Shown: positions 20,401 to 28,606 of the stretch, in pieces | Layout of the letters: each line of letters starts with the position of its first letter | How positions within the stretch are numbered: position 1 is the stretch's first letter | Assembly: GCA_037129355.1 (NCBI GenBank) | Contig: JBAXVO010000001.1 | Location: forward strand, 465 to 64,464 | Origin: Deltaproteobacteria bacterium | Lineage (GTDB): Bacteria; Myxococcota; Myxococcia; Myxococcales; Anaeromyxobacteraceae | Reading direction: 5' to 3' | DNA: 64,000 nt | Notes under the pieces: model-generated | Database searches by the model: none | Seen by the model: only the letters and a program-made list of their open reading frames with translations | What the model was told of the DNA's origin: nothing | Program-made: the position numbers and the translations under genes

Positions 20401-20707
20401 CCTGCGCGAGCGCGGGCTCCCCCTCGTCGAGGCCACCATCCAGGCCGGCAAGACCCGGCTCCGCCCCATCCTCATGACCACCATCGCCACCATCGCCGGG
20501 CTCATGCCCATGGCCATGGGCATCGGCGAGGGCAGCGAGACCAACATGCCGCTGGCCCGTGCCGTCATCGGCGGGCTCACCGTCTCGACCTTCTTCACCC
20601 TCTTCCTCATCCCGGCGCTCTACACGCTGCTCGCCCGCTTCGAGAAGCCGGCGACCGGCGCGGACCGGGTCGACCCCGACGAGGGCTCCCCGGAGGCCGC
20701 CACGTGA
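17489..20707 (+). CDS. efflux RND permease (AcrB/HAE-type)
   Basis: 1072-aa 12-TM RND protein (MWLTRLALRNPIFILMMSL...). Starts 4 nt after the adaptor gene. Confidence 0.93.
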   Translation: MWLTRLALRNPIFILMMSLMTLALGWVALTRLPVDLFPNIDIPQIQVATFYTGAGPGDVEKSITVPIERAVSAAPGVDRVESVSKQGFSAVTVWFQYGVNLDNAQFEVQQRVAQILNTLPPGIDQPFIVKFDVSNIPVAFVSMSAEGLDERELYDLGYNVVEPQLERIKGVASAPIGGGKVREIQVLLANDALRSRGLTVLDVVNTVRASNLLLPSGTLRAGDRDYNVFSNTQIGAARPLRDVVVRPAGRGAGNDRVAPVRISDVAQVVDGTADQTEIARVNGSRGVYFRVQKQPGANTVDVVDQLRKTLPTLRGIPPSVQLTVSFDQSAYIRAAISSLEHEALWGSGLAILVILVFLASWSATGIIAVAIPLSIVATFVLLYFSGQTLNVFTLGGLALGVGRLVDDSIVELENIHRHLQMGGDRTSAVLAAAQEVAMPIFVSTITTIVVFFPVVFLTGVARNLFIPLALTIAFSLMMSFLVSRTVTPILCLKYLDRGGHRMGEEGFARRITRQLNRMDEAYARSLRWVLANRGKVVVSILVFFVASMSLVTRVGTEFFPPSDESQIRINFKGPVGTRVERTEDVTRRIEQAIRDSLAPLKADDGGPIASTVISTVGLPQGRGALFSGNTGPHAGQVQTYLVPHTRRSVTDEEAADKVRVALRDAIPGVQTYFFVGGIVKRILNFGAAAPIDIEIVGYDLEEGSAYAKRLLPRLRALATPDGRNLLTDLQVSREENYPQLDVVVDREKAGMLGVSEQQVAQTVLASLVGNTQFSPVPFTDPKTGNQYFINVRLSDDGRNEVADLKDVLVKAADGTVLPLANVAQVKRSAGPVQVNRKYLQRVVDVTANTGPGVDLGAASAAVERVLDEVPPPEGFSVQLSGQTQAQREAFGSLRFAALMALALVYMILASQFKSLLDPLVIMFSVPLGVSGVFIALWLTGTTLNVNSFMGIIMMVGIVVSNGVLLVDFARVLRERGLPLVEATIQAGKTRLRPILMTTIATIAGLMPMAMGIGEGSETNMPLARAVIGGLTVSTFFTLFLIPALYTLLARFEKPATGADRVDPDEGSPEAAT

Positions 20708-22050
20708 GATCGCACCTCTTCCTCTTCCTCGCCGTCCTGCCGCTCGCCTCCGCGGCCCAGTCCCAGCCCCCGTCCACGGCCTCGCTCGCCGCGGGGGAAC
20801 TCCCCCTGGCGCTCGCCCCGGCCCCGGACGTGGTCCTGCGCGCCCGTGTCACCGTGGCCGAGCCGGTCACCTTCGAAGACGCCGTGAAGCGCGCCATCGC
20901 CTACAACACGAGCGCGCTCATCGCCGGCCAGGAGATCATCCGCGCCGAGGGGCTCATGGGGCAGGCCCGCGCCGCCGCCCTCCCGCTGGTGGTGCTGGGC
21001 GGCTCCTGGACCATCCTCGACCACGACCGGATCCTGAACGGCCGCCTGGTGCAGCCGGGCCAGGCGCTGCAGGGCACCGCCAACGCCACCATGCCGCTCG
21101 TCGCCGCGTCGCGCTGGTACGGCTGGGCCCACGGGGTCGAGGGGGTCGACGTCGCGAACCTCTCCGACGCCGACGTGAGGCGCACCGTGGCCATCACCGC
21201 GGCCCGCGCCTACCTGACCGTGGTGGCCGCCCACCGCGCCATCGACGTGAGCGAGAGCGCGGTGAAGGTCGGCCGCGCCCACCAGGAGTACGCGGTGGCC
21301 CGCCGCAAGGGCGGGGTCGGCAACGAGCTCGACGTGAAGCGGGCCGAGCAGGAGCGCTGGGCGGCCGAGGTGCAGCTCCAGGCGGCCTACGGGCTCCTGG
21401 CCCGCGGGCGGGAGGCGCTCGGGGTGATCTGCGGAGCCAAGGGGCCCCTCGACTCCACCGGCGTCCCGCCGGTGAAGTTCTACCCGGACCTCGAGCAGGC
21501 CGAGCAGGCCGTGAAGGACCGGCAGGACGTCCGGGCGGCGGCGGGCCGCTCGGACCTGGCCCGGGCCATCTGGAAGGACAGCTGGGCCGACTATCTCCCC
21601 GTGATCACCGGGGGCTTCCAGGGCTACGTCCAGACCAACGCGGTCGACCCCACGCCGCCGTCGGGCTGGGTGGCCCAGTTCCTCCTCACCTTCCCGATCT
21701 TCCAGGGCGGGCTCCGGCCGGCCCAGTCGAAGGAGCGCGGGGCCCTGGCCCAGGAGGCCGAGGAGTCGCTCCTGGGGCTCGTGCGGCAGGCCCGCTCCGA
21801 GGTGCGCCTCTCCTTCGAGAGCATGCGCTACGCCTACGCCGGGTACGACGCCGCCCGCAGCGGCGCCGAGACCGCCGTCGCGGCGCTCGACCTCGCCAAC
21901 CAGGCCTACCGGGCCGGGGCCACGAGCAACCTCGAGGTCATCGACGCGGAGCGGCGGGCCCGCGACGCGGCCACCACCGCGGTCATCGCCGAGGACGCCG
22001 TCCGGCAGGCGAACCTCGACCTGCTCTCGGCGGCCGGCCGGTTCCCGTGA
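20704..22050 (+). CDS. TolC-family outer-membrane efflux protein
   Basis: Real C-terminal part of chimeric ORF 17491..22050. GTG 20704 overlaps the RND stop (GTGA). Signal peptide LFLFLAVLPLASAAQ and two OEP repeats. Confidence 0.82.
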   Translation: MRSHLFLFLAVLPLASAAQSQPPSTASLAAGELPLALAPAPDVVLRARVTVAEPVTFEDAVKRAIAYNTSALIAGQEIIRAEGLMGQARAAALPLVVLGGSWTILDHDRILNGRLVQPGQALQGTANATMPLVAASRWYGWAHGVEGVDVANLSDADVRRTVAITAARAYLTVVAAHRAIDVSESAVKVGRAHQEYAVARRKGGVGNELDVKRAEQERWAAEVQLQAAYGLLARGREALGVICGAKGPLDSTGVPPVKFYPDLEQAEQAVKDRQDVRAAAGRSDLARAIWKDSWADYLPVITGGFQGYVQTNAVDPTPPSGWVAQFLLTFPIFQGGLRPAQSKERGALAQEAEESLLGLVRQARSEVRLSFESMRYAYAGYDAARSGAETAVAALDLANQAYRAGATSNLEVIDAERRARDAATTAVIAEDAVRQANLDLLSAAGRFP

Positions 22051-22760
22051 CGGTGGAGGGGGGCGCGCCCCCCGGGCCCGGCGGCCTGCGCGCGGTGGCC
22101 GCGGCCTGGCCGGCCATCCTGGGCGCGCTCGCCTTTCGCTACGCCGCCTACGCCGTCATGACGGCGCTGGCCCTGTGGGGCGAGCTGCGGGCCGCCCCCA
22201 CGCTTCCCGACGCGATCCTCGAGCGGCTGCCCTACGTCCCCTGGATCGACCGGGCCAACTACTGGGTCTGGCTGGCCGTCTACCTGCCGCTCGCCGCCGT
22301 GTTCCTCTGGACCGAGCCGCGCCGCTGGGTCCGCTACATGGTCACCGGGGGGCTCGTCTCCGTCGCCCGCGGCGTCACCATCGCGCTCACCGGGCTCGGC
22401 GCCCCCGACCCGGCCCACGCCGGGCCCGGGATCGGCGGCCGCGACTTCGCGACCGCCTTCGGGGAGCTCCTCTCGCCGCTCGGCGTCTTCGACCGGGGCG
22501 CCATCGCCGCCTACCTCACCAAGGACCTCTTCTTCTCCGGTCACGTGGCGACGACCTTCCTGCTCTGGCTCTACCTGCGCGGCCGGCCCCGGCTCGCGCC
22601 GGTGGCGCTCCTCGCCAGCCTGGCGGTGACCGCGTCGGTGCTCCTCGCCCACCTGCACTACTCGATCGACGTGGTGGGCGCCTGGGCCGTCACCTTCGCC
22701 ATCTTCGTGCTGCGCGAGGGGTGGCCTACCCCTTCACCAGCCGGACCACGCCGGTGGTGA
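22047..22760 (+). CDS. PAP2_C / sphingomyelin-synthase-like integral membrane protein
   Basis: Real C-terminal part of chimeric ORF 20559..22760. GTG 22047 overlaps the tolC-like stop (GTGA); start is uncertain. Motifs FFSGHVATTF and HLHYSIDVVGAW match SMS motifs D3 (SGHT) and D4 (HYTxDV). About 6 TM helices. Confidence 0.7.
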   Translation: MTVEGGAPPGPGGLRAVAAAWPAILGALAFRYAAYAVMTALALWGELRAAPTLPDAILERLPYVPWIDRANYWVWLAVYLPLAAVFLWTEPRRWVRYMVTGGLVSVARGVTIALTGLGAPDPAHAGPGIGGRDFATAFGELLSPLGVFDRGAIAAYLTKDLFFSGHVATTFLLWLYLRGRPRLAPVALLASLAVTASVLLAHLHYSIDVVGAWAVTFAIFVLREGWPTPSPAGPRRW

Positions 22761-24720
22761 TGGGCTCGAGGTAGGTCACGAGCAGCACGCCCACCGACAT
22801 GATCACCAGGAAGGGGAAGGCCTTCCGGTAGACGAAGGGCAGGGGCTTGCCGAAGCGCTGGGCGGAGAGGAAGAGGTTCAAGCCCATGGGCGGCAGCAGG
22901 AAGCCCAGCTCGAGGTTGGCGAGGAAGACCACCCCGAGGTGGATGGGGTCGATGCCGTAGGCCACCCCGAGCGGCGCCACCAGCGGCGCCACCACCACGA
23001 TGGCCGAGTAGATCTCGAGCACGCTCCCCAGGACGAGCAGCACCACGTTCAGCATGAGGAGGAAGAGCGCGGGGCTCTTCACGTGGGCGGTCATCCAGTT
23101 CACGAGCTGCGTCGGGATCTCGGCGTCGACGAACCAGCTGGTGAGGCCGAGGGCCACCCCGAGCAGGATGAGCACGCTGCCCACCAGCGTCCCGGCGTCG
23201 AGCAGCACGCCCGGCAGCCGGCCGAAGGGCTTCAGGTCCCGGAAGATCACCAACTCCACGAAGAGCGCGTAGGCGGCGGCGATGGCCGAGGCCTCCACGA
23301 TGGTCGCGAAGCCCGTGAGGACCACCACGACCACCAGGGTGGGGAGCCCCAGGTCCCACTTGGCCCCCCACATGGAGCGGAGCGCCTCGGTGGGCTGGAA
23401 CTTCTGGCGCGGCGCCTTGAAGCGGACGCCCATCCAGACCCCGTAGGCCGCCACCAGCACGATCATGAGGATGCCGGGCACGAGCCCGCCGATGAAGAGG
23501 TCCTCGATGGCCGTCCCCGCCACCACGCCGTAGAGGATCACCGGCAGGGAAGGCGGGAAGAGCAGCCCCAGCGATCCGGCTGCGGTGACGAGCCCCACCG
23601 AGAAGCCCTCCGGGTACCCGTCCTCGAGCAGCGAGGGGAGCAGGAGGCCGCCCAGCGCCAGGATGGTGACCCCGGAGGCGCCGGTGAAGGTGGTGAAGAT
23701 GGCGGCCACCACCACCGTCATCACCGCGAGGCCGCCCGGCATCCAGCCGAAGAGGCCGCGGTAGGCGCGCACCAGCCGCTGGGCGGCGCCCCCCTCGGCG
23801 AGGACGTAGCCGGCCACGGTGAGCAGCGGGATGGCGGCCAGGGTGGGGGAGGAGACCAGCGTGAAGGTCTGGGTGGGGACGGCCGCCACCGGGGTGGCGT
23901 CCTTCACGAAGAGCACCATGGCGATGCCGGCCATGCCCACGAAGACCGGGGCGCCGAGCAGGAAGGCGATCGCCACCGCCGAGCCGAAGGTCCAGACCAG
24001 CGCCGAGGGAGTGGCGAGCGGGCCGATCAGCTTGCCGAACCCGGCGGCCATCCCGGCGAAGGCCCGGCCGGGGGCGCCCAGCGAGCCGAGCGGCCAGCTG
24101 CCGGGGTCGGGGAGTGCGGCCTCGCTCCACAGGAACGTCAGGAAGATCAACGCCAGGCCGGCCGTCCGCAGGAGCCTCCGCCTCGGCCCGGGGTCGAGCT
24201 TCCAGGCGAAGGTGAGGGACATGGCGGCGAGCGTGACCGGCATCACCGACATGCTCCACCAGAAGGGGATGCCCCCCACCACCATCCGGGCCTCGCTCTC
24301 CACGTGGACGAGTCGGGCCGATGCGTACGCCAGCACCGCGGTCACCGCCGCGGCGACCCAGCGGGTGAAGACCTGGACGGCCCGGCGGCCCGGCCCCTCG
24401 GGGAAGAGCTCGAGCGTGGTCAGGTGGAGGTGCTTGCCGTACCGCGTCGCGAGCAGCGCTCCCAGGAAGCCCACCCAGAGGGTCAGGTGCTGGACGAGCA
24501 CCGTGGCACTCGTGATCGACTGGCCGGTGAACCGCCTCCAGACCGAGGAGACCACCGGCAGCGCGACCATCGAGAGGAGGACGACCACCACGAAGAGGTT
24601 GGCGAGGCCGCTGGCCCCCCGCTTCGCGAGCCCGCGGGCCCGGCGCCACGGCCCATCCGGGCCGTCCTGCGTCACCCCCGGGGGGGGTGTCTGGTCCGGC
24701 GAATTGGCTGATCCGGTCAT
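22726..24720 (-). CDS. TRAP transporter fused small/large permease (DctQ-DctM fusion)
   Basis: ATG 24720 (MTGSANSP...). N-terminal DctQ-like 4-TM part, a linker TM, then a DctM-like large permease, all in one 664-aa ORF. Confidence 0.88.
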   Translation of the reverse strand: MTGSANSPDQTPPPGVTQDGPDGPWRRARGLAKRGASGLANLFVVVVLLSMVALPVVSSVWRRFTGQSITSATVLVQHLTLWVGFLGALLATRYGKHLHLTTLELFPEGPGRRAVQVFTRWVAAAVTAVLAYASARLVHVESEARMVVGGIPFWWSMSVMPVTLAAMSLTFAWKLDPGPRRRLLRTAGLALIFLTFLWSEAALPDPGSWPLGSLGAPGRAFAGMAAGFGKLIGPLATPSALVWTFGSAVAIAFLLGAPVFVGMAGIAMVLFVKDATPVAAVPTQTFTLVSSPTLAAIPLLTVAGYVLAEGGAAQRLVRAYRGLFGWMPGGLAVMTVVVAAIFTTFTGASGVTILALGGLLLPSLLEDGYPEGFSVGLVTAAGSLGLLFPPSLPVILYGVVAGTAIEDLFIGGLVPGILMIVLVAAYGVWMGVRFKAPRQKFQPTEALRSMWGAKWDLGLPTLVVVVVLTGFATIVEASAIAAAYALFVELVIFRDLKPFGRLPGVLLDAGTLVGSVLILLGVALGLTSWFVDAEIPTQLVNWMTAHVKSPALFLLMLNVVLLVLGSVLEIYSAIVVVAPLVAPLGVAYGIDPIHLGVVFLANLELGFLLPPMGLNLFLSAQRFGKPLPFVYRKAFPFLVIMSVGVLLVTYLEPITTGVVRLVKG

Positions 24721-24790
24721 GGATGCGTCATAAGAGGAAGAGCGTTGACCCCGAGCAAACTGGGACGTTAGGACTATCACGCGAAGCCCC

Positions 24791-25705
24791 GTGAAACCCT
24801 GGAAAAATAGGCTGCTCGTCGTGGCGACGGCCCCCCTCCTGCTGCTCGGTTGCAGGACCACGGGGGCCAAGATCGCCGCGAGTGCGTTCACCGGCTCCGG
24901 CGACACCTTCGCCCGCGACCCGGACCCGGAGCTGGTCCGCGACGCGGTGCCCTTCGCGCTGAAGACGATGGAGTCGCTGCTCGCGACCATTCCGGACGAC
25001 GTCGACCTGCTCCGCGCGCTCACCGCCAACTTCACCCAGTACGCCTACGCCTTCGTCCTGCAGGACGCCGACCTGGCGGAGATGGAGGGACGGAGCGCCG
25101 AGGCCCGGGCCGGCCACGACCGGGCCCGCAAGCTCTTCCTGCGGGCGCGCGACTACGGCCTGCGCGGCCTCGAGGAGCTCTACCCCGGGATCTCGGCCAG
25201 GCTCCTCGCCGCGCGGGACCTCGGCCCGGCGCTCGACCGGGTGAAGGCGCGGGACGCCGACCTGCTCTACTGGACGGCGGCGGCCTGGGCGCTGGCCATC
25301 TCCAACGGGAAGGGGGACATGGCGCTCGTCTCCGAGCTCCCCGCCCCGGTGGCCATGATGCGCCGCGGGCTCGCCCTCGAGCCCACCTTCGACCTCGGCG
25401 CCTTCGACGAGTTCTTCGTCACCTACGAGGGCGGGCGCAGCCCCGCCGACGGCGGCGGACCGGCCGTGGCGCGCGCCCACATGGAGCGCGCCCTGGCCCT
25501 CTCCGGCGGCAAGAAGGTCGGGGTGCGGGTGGCCTGGGCCGAGACCGTGCTCGTCCAGCAGCAGGACCGGGCCGCCTTCGAGGCCGAGCTGCGCCGGGTC
25601 CTCGCCTTCGACGTCGACTCCGCCCCCGAGTACCGGCTCGCCAACCTCATCGCCCAGCGTCGCGCGCGCGCCCTGCTCGCCCACCTCGACGACCTCTTCG
25701 CCTGA
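24791..25705 (+). CDS. TRAP-transporter-associated TatT-family TPR-like lipoprotein
   Basis: GTG 24791. Lipobox LLLLGC. All-helical TPR-like sequence typical of TatT components. Sits directly upstream of a DctP-type binding protein. Confidence 0.75.
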   Translation: MKPWKNRLLVVATAPLLLLGCRTTGAKIAASAFTGSGDTFARDPDPELVRDAVPFALKTMESLLATIPDDVDLLRALTANFTQYAYAFVLQDADLAEMEGRSAEARAGHDRARKLFLRARDYGLRGLEELYPGISARLLAARDLGPALDRVKARDADLLYWTAAAWALAISNGKGDMALVSELPAPVAMMRRGLALEPTFDLGAFDEFFVTYEGGRSPADGGGPAVARAHMERALALSGGKKVGVRVAWAETVLVQQQDRAAFEAELRRVLAFDVDSAPEYRLANLIAQRRARALLAHLDDLFA

Positions 25706-25722
25706 ACCAGGAGAGCCCCCCA

Positions 25723-26709
25723 GTGAAGAAGACGCTCCTCGTCGCGCTGCTGCTCGCCGTCGCCCCGCCCGCCCTCGCCCAGCAGGTGCAGATCAAGCTG
25801 GGCACGCTGGCCCCCAACGGCTCCACCTGGCACGAGCTCCTGAAGGAGATGTCGGAGCGGTGGAGCCAGGCCTCCGGCGGCAACGTCAAGCTGCGCATCT
25901 ACGCCGGCGGGACCCAGGGCAACGAGGGGGAGATGATCCGGAAGATGGCGGTCGGCCAGCTGCAGGGGGCCGCCGTCACCACCGTCGGGCTCCACGACAT
26001 CGCCGCGGAGCCGCAGGCCCTCGCCGTGCCGCTCATGTTCGACTCGGCCGCCGAGCTCCAGAAGGCGCTGCCGGTGCTCGAGCCCAAGCTCGACGCCATC
26101 CTGGAGAAGAAGGGCTACGTGCCGCTCACCTGGGGCGCCATCGGGGCACTCAAGCTCTTCTGCACGAAGCCCTTCAAGACGCCGGCCGAGGCCGCCGGCG
26201 CCAAGATCTTCGCCTGGGAGGGGGACCCGGCCAGCGTCAAGGCGTGGAGGGCCACCGGATTCAACCCGGTGGTGCTCTCCTCCACCGACGTCATCACCTC
26301 GCTGCAGACCGGGATGATCGAGTGCATCGCCAACGTCCCGCTCTACGTGCTCACGGCGCGCCTCTTCGAGAAGGTGCCCTACATGATCGACGTGAACTGG
26401 GGCTGGCTGGTGGGCGCCACGGTGGTCCGCAAGGACACCTGGGAGAAGATCCCGGCCGACCTGCGCCCCAAGCTGCTCGCCATCGCGAAGGAGCTCGGCA
26501 AGAAGGTCGACGACGAGGTGGCCAAGCTCAACACCGAGGCGGTCGCCGCCATGGAGAAGCAGGGGCTCAAGGTGGTGAAGGTCGACGCCGCCGCCTGGCG
26601 CGCCACCGCCGAGAAGTCCTGGCCGGTGGTCCGCGGCGAGGTGGTCCCGGCCGCCTTCTTCGACGAGGTGAAGGCCGTCAGGGACGCCCAGCGGGCGGCC
26701 AAGAAGTAG
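25723..26709 (+). CDS. TRAP transporter periplasmic substrate-binding protein (DctP family, TatP-like)
   Basis: Real part of chimeric ORF 24850..26709. GTG 25723 with AGGAGA 8 nt upstream. Signal peptide LLVALLLAVAPPALAQQ. DctP-like sequence. Confidence 0.85.
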   Translation: MKKTLLVALLLAVAPPALAQQVQIKLGTLAPNGSTWHELLKEMSERWSQASGGNVKLRIYAGGTQGNEGEMIRKMAVGQLQGAAVTTVGLHDIAAEPQALAVPLMFDSAAELQKALPVLEPKLDAILEKKGYVPLTWGAIGALKLFCTKPFKTPAEAAGAKIFAWEGDPASVKAWRATGFNPVVLSSTDVITSLQTGMIECIANVPLYVLTARLFEKVPYMIDVNWGWLVGATVVRKDTWEKIPADLRPKLLAIAKELGKKVDDEVAKLNTEAVAAMEKQGLKVVKVDAAAWRATAEKSWPVVRGEVVPAAFFDEVKAVRDAQRAAKK

Positions 26710-27514
26710 CCGGTCCGGCGGCGGCGAAGGCCGCCACCTCCCGGCGCAGGGCCGGGCAGCCGAGGAGCAGGGTCAGGTGCCCGCGCGGGAACTCGCGCAG
26801 CGGGAGCTTCCAGGCCCGGGCCAGCGCGTCCGCCCCGCCGATCGCGATGACGTCGTGCCGCCCTCCCGCCACGAGCACCCGGGCCGCCGTCGGGGAGCGC
26901 TCGAGGGGCGAGAGCCAGGCCAGCCGCCGCTCCACCTCGTCGCGGCCGGGAATGGGCGCCCCGGCCCGACCGGCCAGGAGCGCGTAGCGCCGCCCGATCG
27001 CGGTGGCGCGGAACACCGCCCCCAGGTCCGCGGGCGGGGCCACCAGGGCCGCCGCGTCGATCCGCTCCGGGCCGGTGGCCGCCCAGGCGCCGGTGAGCGC
27101 GCCGAGCGACAGCCCCACGAGCGCCACCGTGCCCCCCGCCTCGCCGGCGGCCGCCAGGCAGGCACGCACCTCCAGGACGGCGGTGGCGAGCACCTCCCGG
27201 GTCCGCGCCAGGTCCGGCCCGAGCGACCCCTCGCCCGGCCGCTCCCCGGGCGGGGTTCGCTCCAGGTGAAGTGGGGGCACCGGGACCCAGACCTCGAGCC
27301 CCTCGGCGGCGAGGGAGCGGGTCCATCCGGCCAGGATCGCCGTCGAACGGATCTTCCACGGCGGGACGAGCACGACCGTCCCGCGCCGACACCCCCGGGC
27401 CCGGGTGGTCCGGATCGGCGGGAGGGGCGGGAGGGGACCCGAAGGGTCGAAGGGGAGGTCGGGGCCCGGCCGCCAGGGCACCGGAGGGCGATCCGCCCGG
27501 TCCTCGATCGCCAT
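26678..27514 (-). CDS. alpha/beta-fold hydrolase
   Basis: Real part of chimeric ORF 26678..28702, ATG 27514. Nucleophile elbow GLSLG. The 3' end overlaps the convergent dctP-like gene by 32 nt. Confidence 0.6.
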   Translation of the reverse strand: MAIEDRADRPPVPWRPGPDLPFDPSGPLPPLPPIRTTRARGCRRGTVVLVPPWKIRSTAILAGWTRSLAAEGLEVWVPVPPLHLERTPPGERPGEGSLGPDLARTREVLATAVLEVRACLAAAGEAGGTVALVGLSLGALTGAWAATGPERIDAAALVAPPADLGAVFRATAIGRRYALLAGRAGAPIPGRDEVERRLAWLSPLERSPTAARVLVAGGRHDVIAIGGADALARAWKLPLREFPRGHLTLLLGCPALRREVAAFAAAGPATSWPPAGRP

Positions 27515-27673
27515 GGCCAGCCGGTCCACCAGCCGGTGGACGGCCCCCCCGCGCTCCCGCGATCCCGACCCGTCGCCCACGGCGCCGATGCTACGACGCC
27601 CCGGCGAGGTACACGAGGCCCGGCCGGGGGGACCCGCGTGGTGTTTGCCGTCGGGCCCCGCAGCGGCTACACG

Positions 27674-28606
27674 ATGGCGACGATGGTACGCACCCCCGAC
27701 CCGGCGCGAGACGCCGCCACCGGTCGCTGCCCGGCGCCGAAGCTGAGGATGCCGGAGCGCGGGACCTTCCTCGGCGTGGCCTGGAACGCCGCCCAGGGCG
27801 CCGGGAGCCAGATCGTGGCCGCCCGGCTCCAGTGCGACCCGGAGCGGGTCCGCCTGGCCAAGCTGTGGCACCCGTTCCACGGGACGCCCACGCGGCGGAA
27901 CGTGATCGACCAGATGCCCGCCTGGCTGGCGGAGGAGACCCGGCTCGCGGAGGGGCGCCTCACCGTGGGCGTGGACTTCCCCCTGAGCCTGGCCGAGACC
28001 CACCTCCGGCAGCTGGGGGTGCTCCGGCAGGCCATCTCCGGTCCGGCCGCGCTGGGCAAGGCGCTCTCCGAGCGCTACCTGCCGGCCGGCGCCGACGTGG
28101 GGACGGCCGCCGAGGCGGTCCGGGCCGAGCTGGGGCGCGACCAGCCCCGGTCCACCGACTGCTACCGCGCCGTCGTCCCGATCCCCGGGCGCGCCGCGAC
28201 CCTTCGCCGCGCCCTCTTCGGCATCGTGGCCCTCGCCCGCGCCGAGGCGGCCTTCCTTCCCTGGGACGAGCCGGAGGCCGGGACCCCCACCGTCGTCGAG
28301 GTCCACCCGCCCCACGTCCCGCGCGCGCTGGCGGGGATCTGCGGGTACCGCGACGGCGACGGCAAGGGGCGGCCGGCCCTGCGCGCCGCCATCCTCCGGA
28401 CGGTGCGAAGCGCGGCGCGGCTCCGCTTCGAGATGGAGGAGGCGGCCGAGATCGTGGGAGACGGCTCCGGCGCCAGCCTCGACGCCGTGCTCGCCGCCGT
28501 TGCCGCCGCCTCGGCGGCGCAGGGGGACTTCCACCAGGTCCCGCACGACGTCCCGCGCAGCGAGGGCTGGATCTACTCGATCCCCGACGAGCCATGGCGA
28601 AGGTGA
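27674..28606 (+). CDS. hypothetical protein, possibly RNase-H-like fold (DUF429-like)
   Basis: Real part of chimeric ORF 26777..28606. ATG 27674 (alternative ATG 27749). Segments VGVDFPLSL and SLDAVLAAVAA resemble the acidic motifs of DUF429/RNase-H-fold proteins. Domain assignment is tentative. Confidence 0.5.
   Translation: MATMVRTPDPARDAATGRCPAPKLRMPERGTFLGVAWNAAQGAGSQIVAARLQCDPERVRLAKLWHPFHGTPTRRNVIDQMPAWLAEETRLAEGRLTVGVDFPLSLAETHLRQLGVLRQAISGPAALGKALSERYLPAGADVGTAAEAVRAELGRDQPRSTDCYRAVVPIPGRAATLRRALFGIVALARAEAAFLPWDEPEAGTPTVVEVHPPHVPRALAGICGYRDGDGKGRPALRAAILRTVRSAARLRFEMEEAAEIVGDGSGASLDAVLAAVAAASAAQGDFHQVPHDVPRSEGWIYSIPDEPWRR

Noticed and set aside
24745-24780. TTGACC as a -35 box for the divergent TRAP promoters
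   Set aside because: No acceptable -10 hexamer lies at 16-19 nt spacing (TTAGGA at 17 nt is poor), so the evidence is too weak to annotate.
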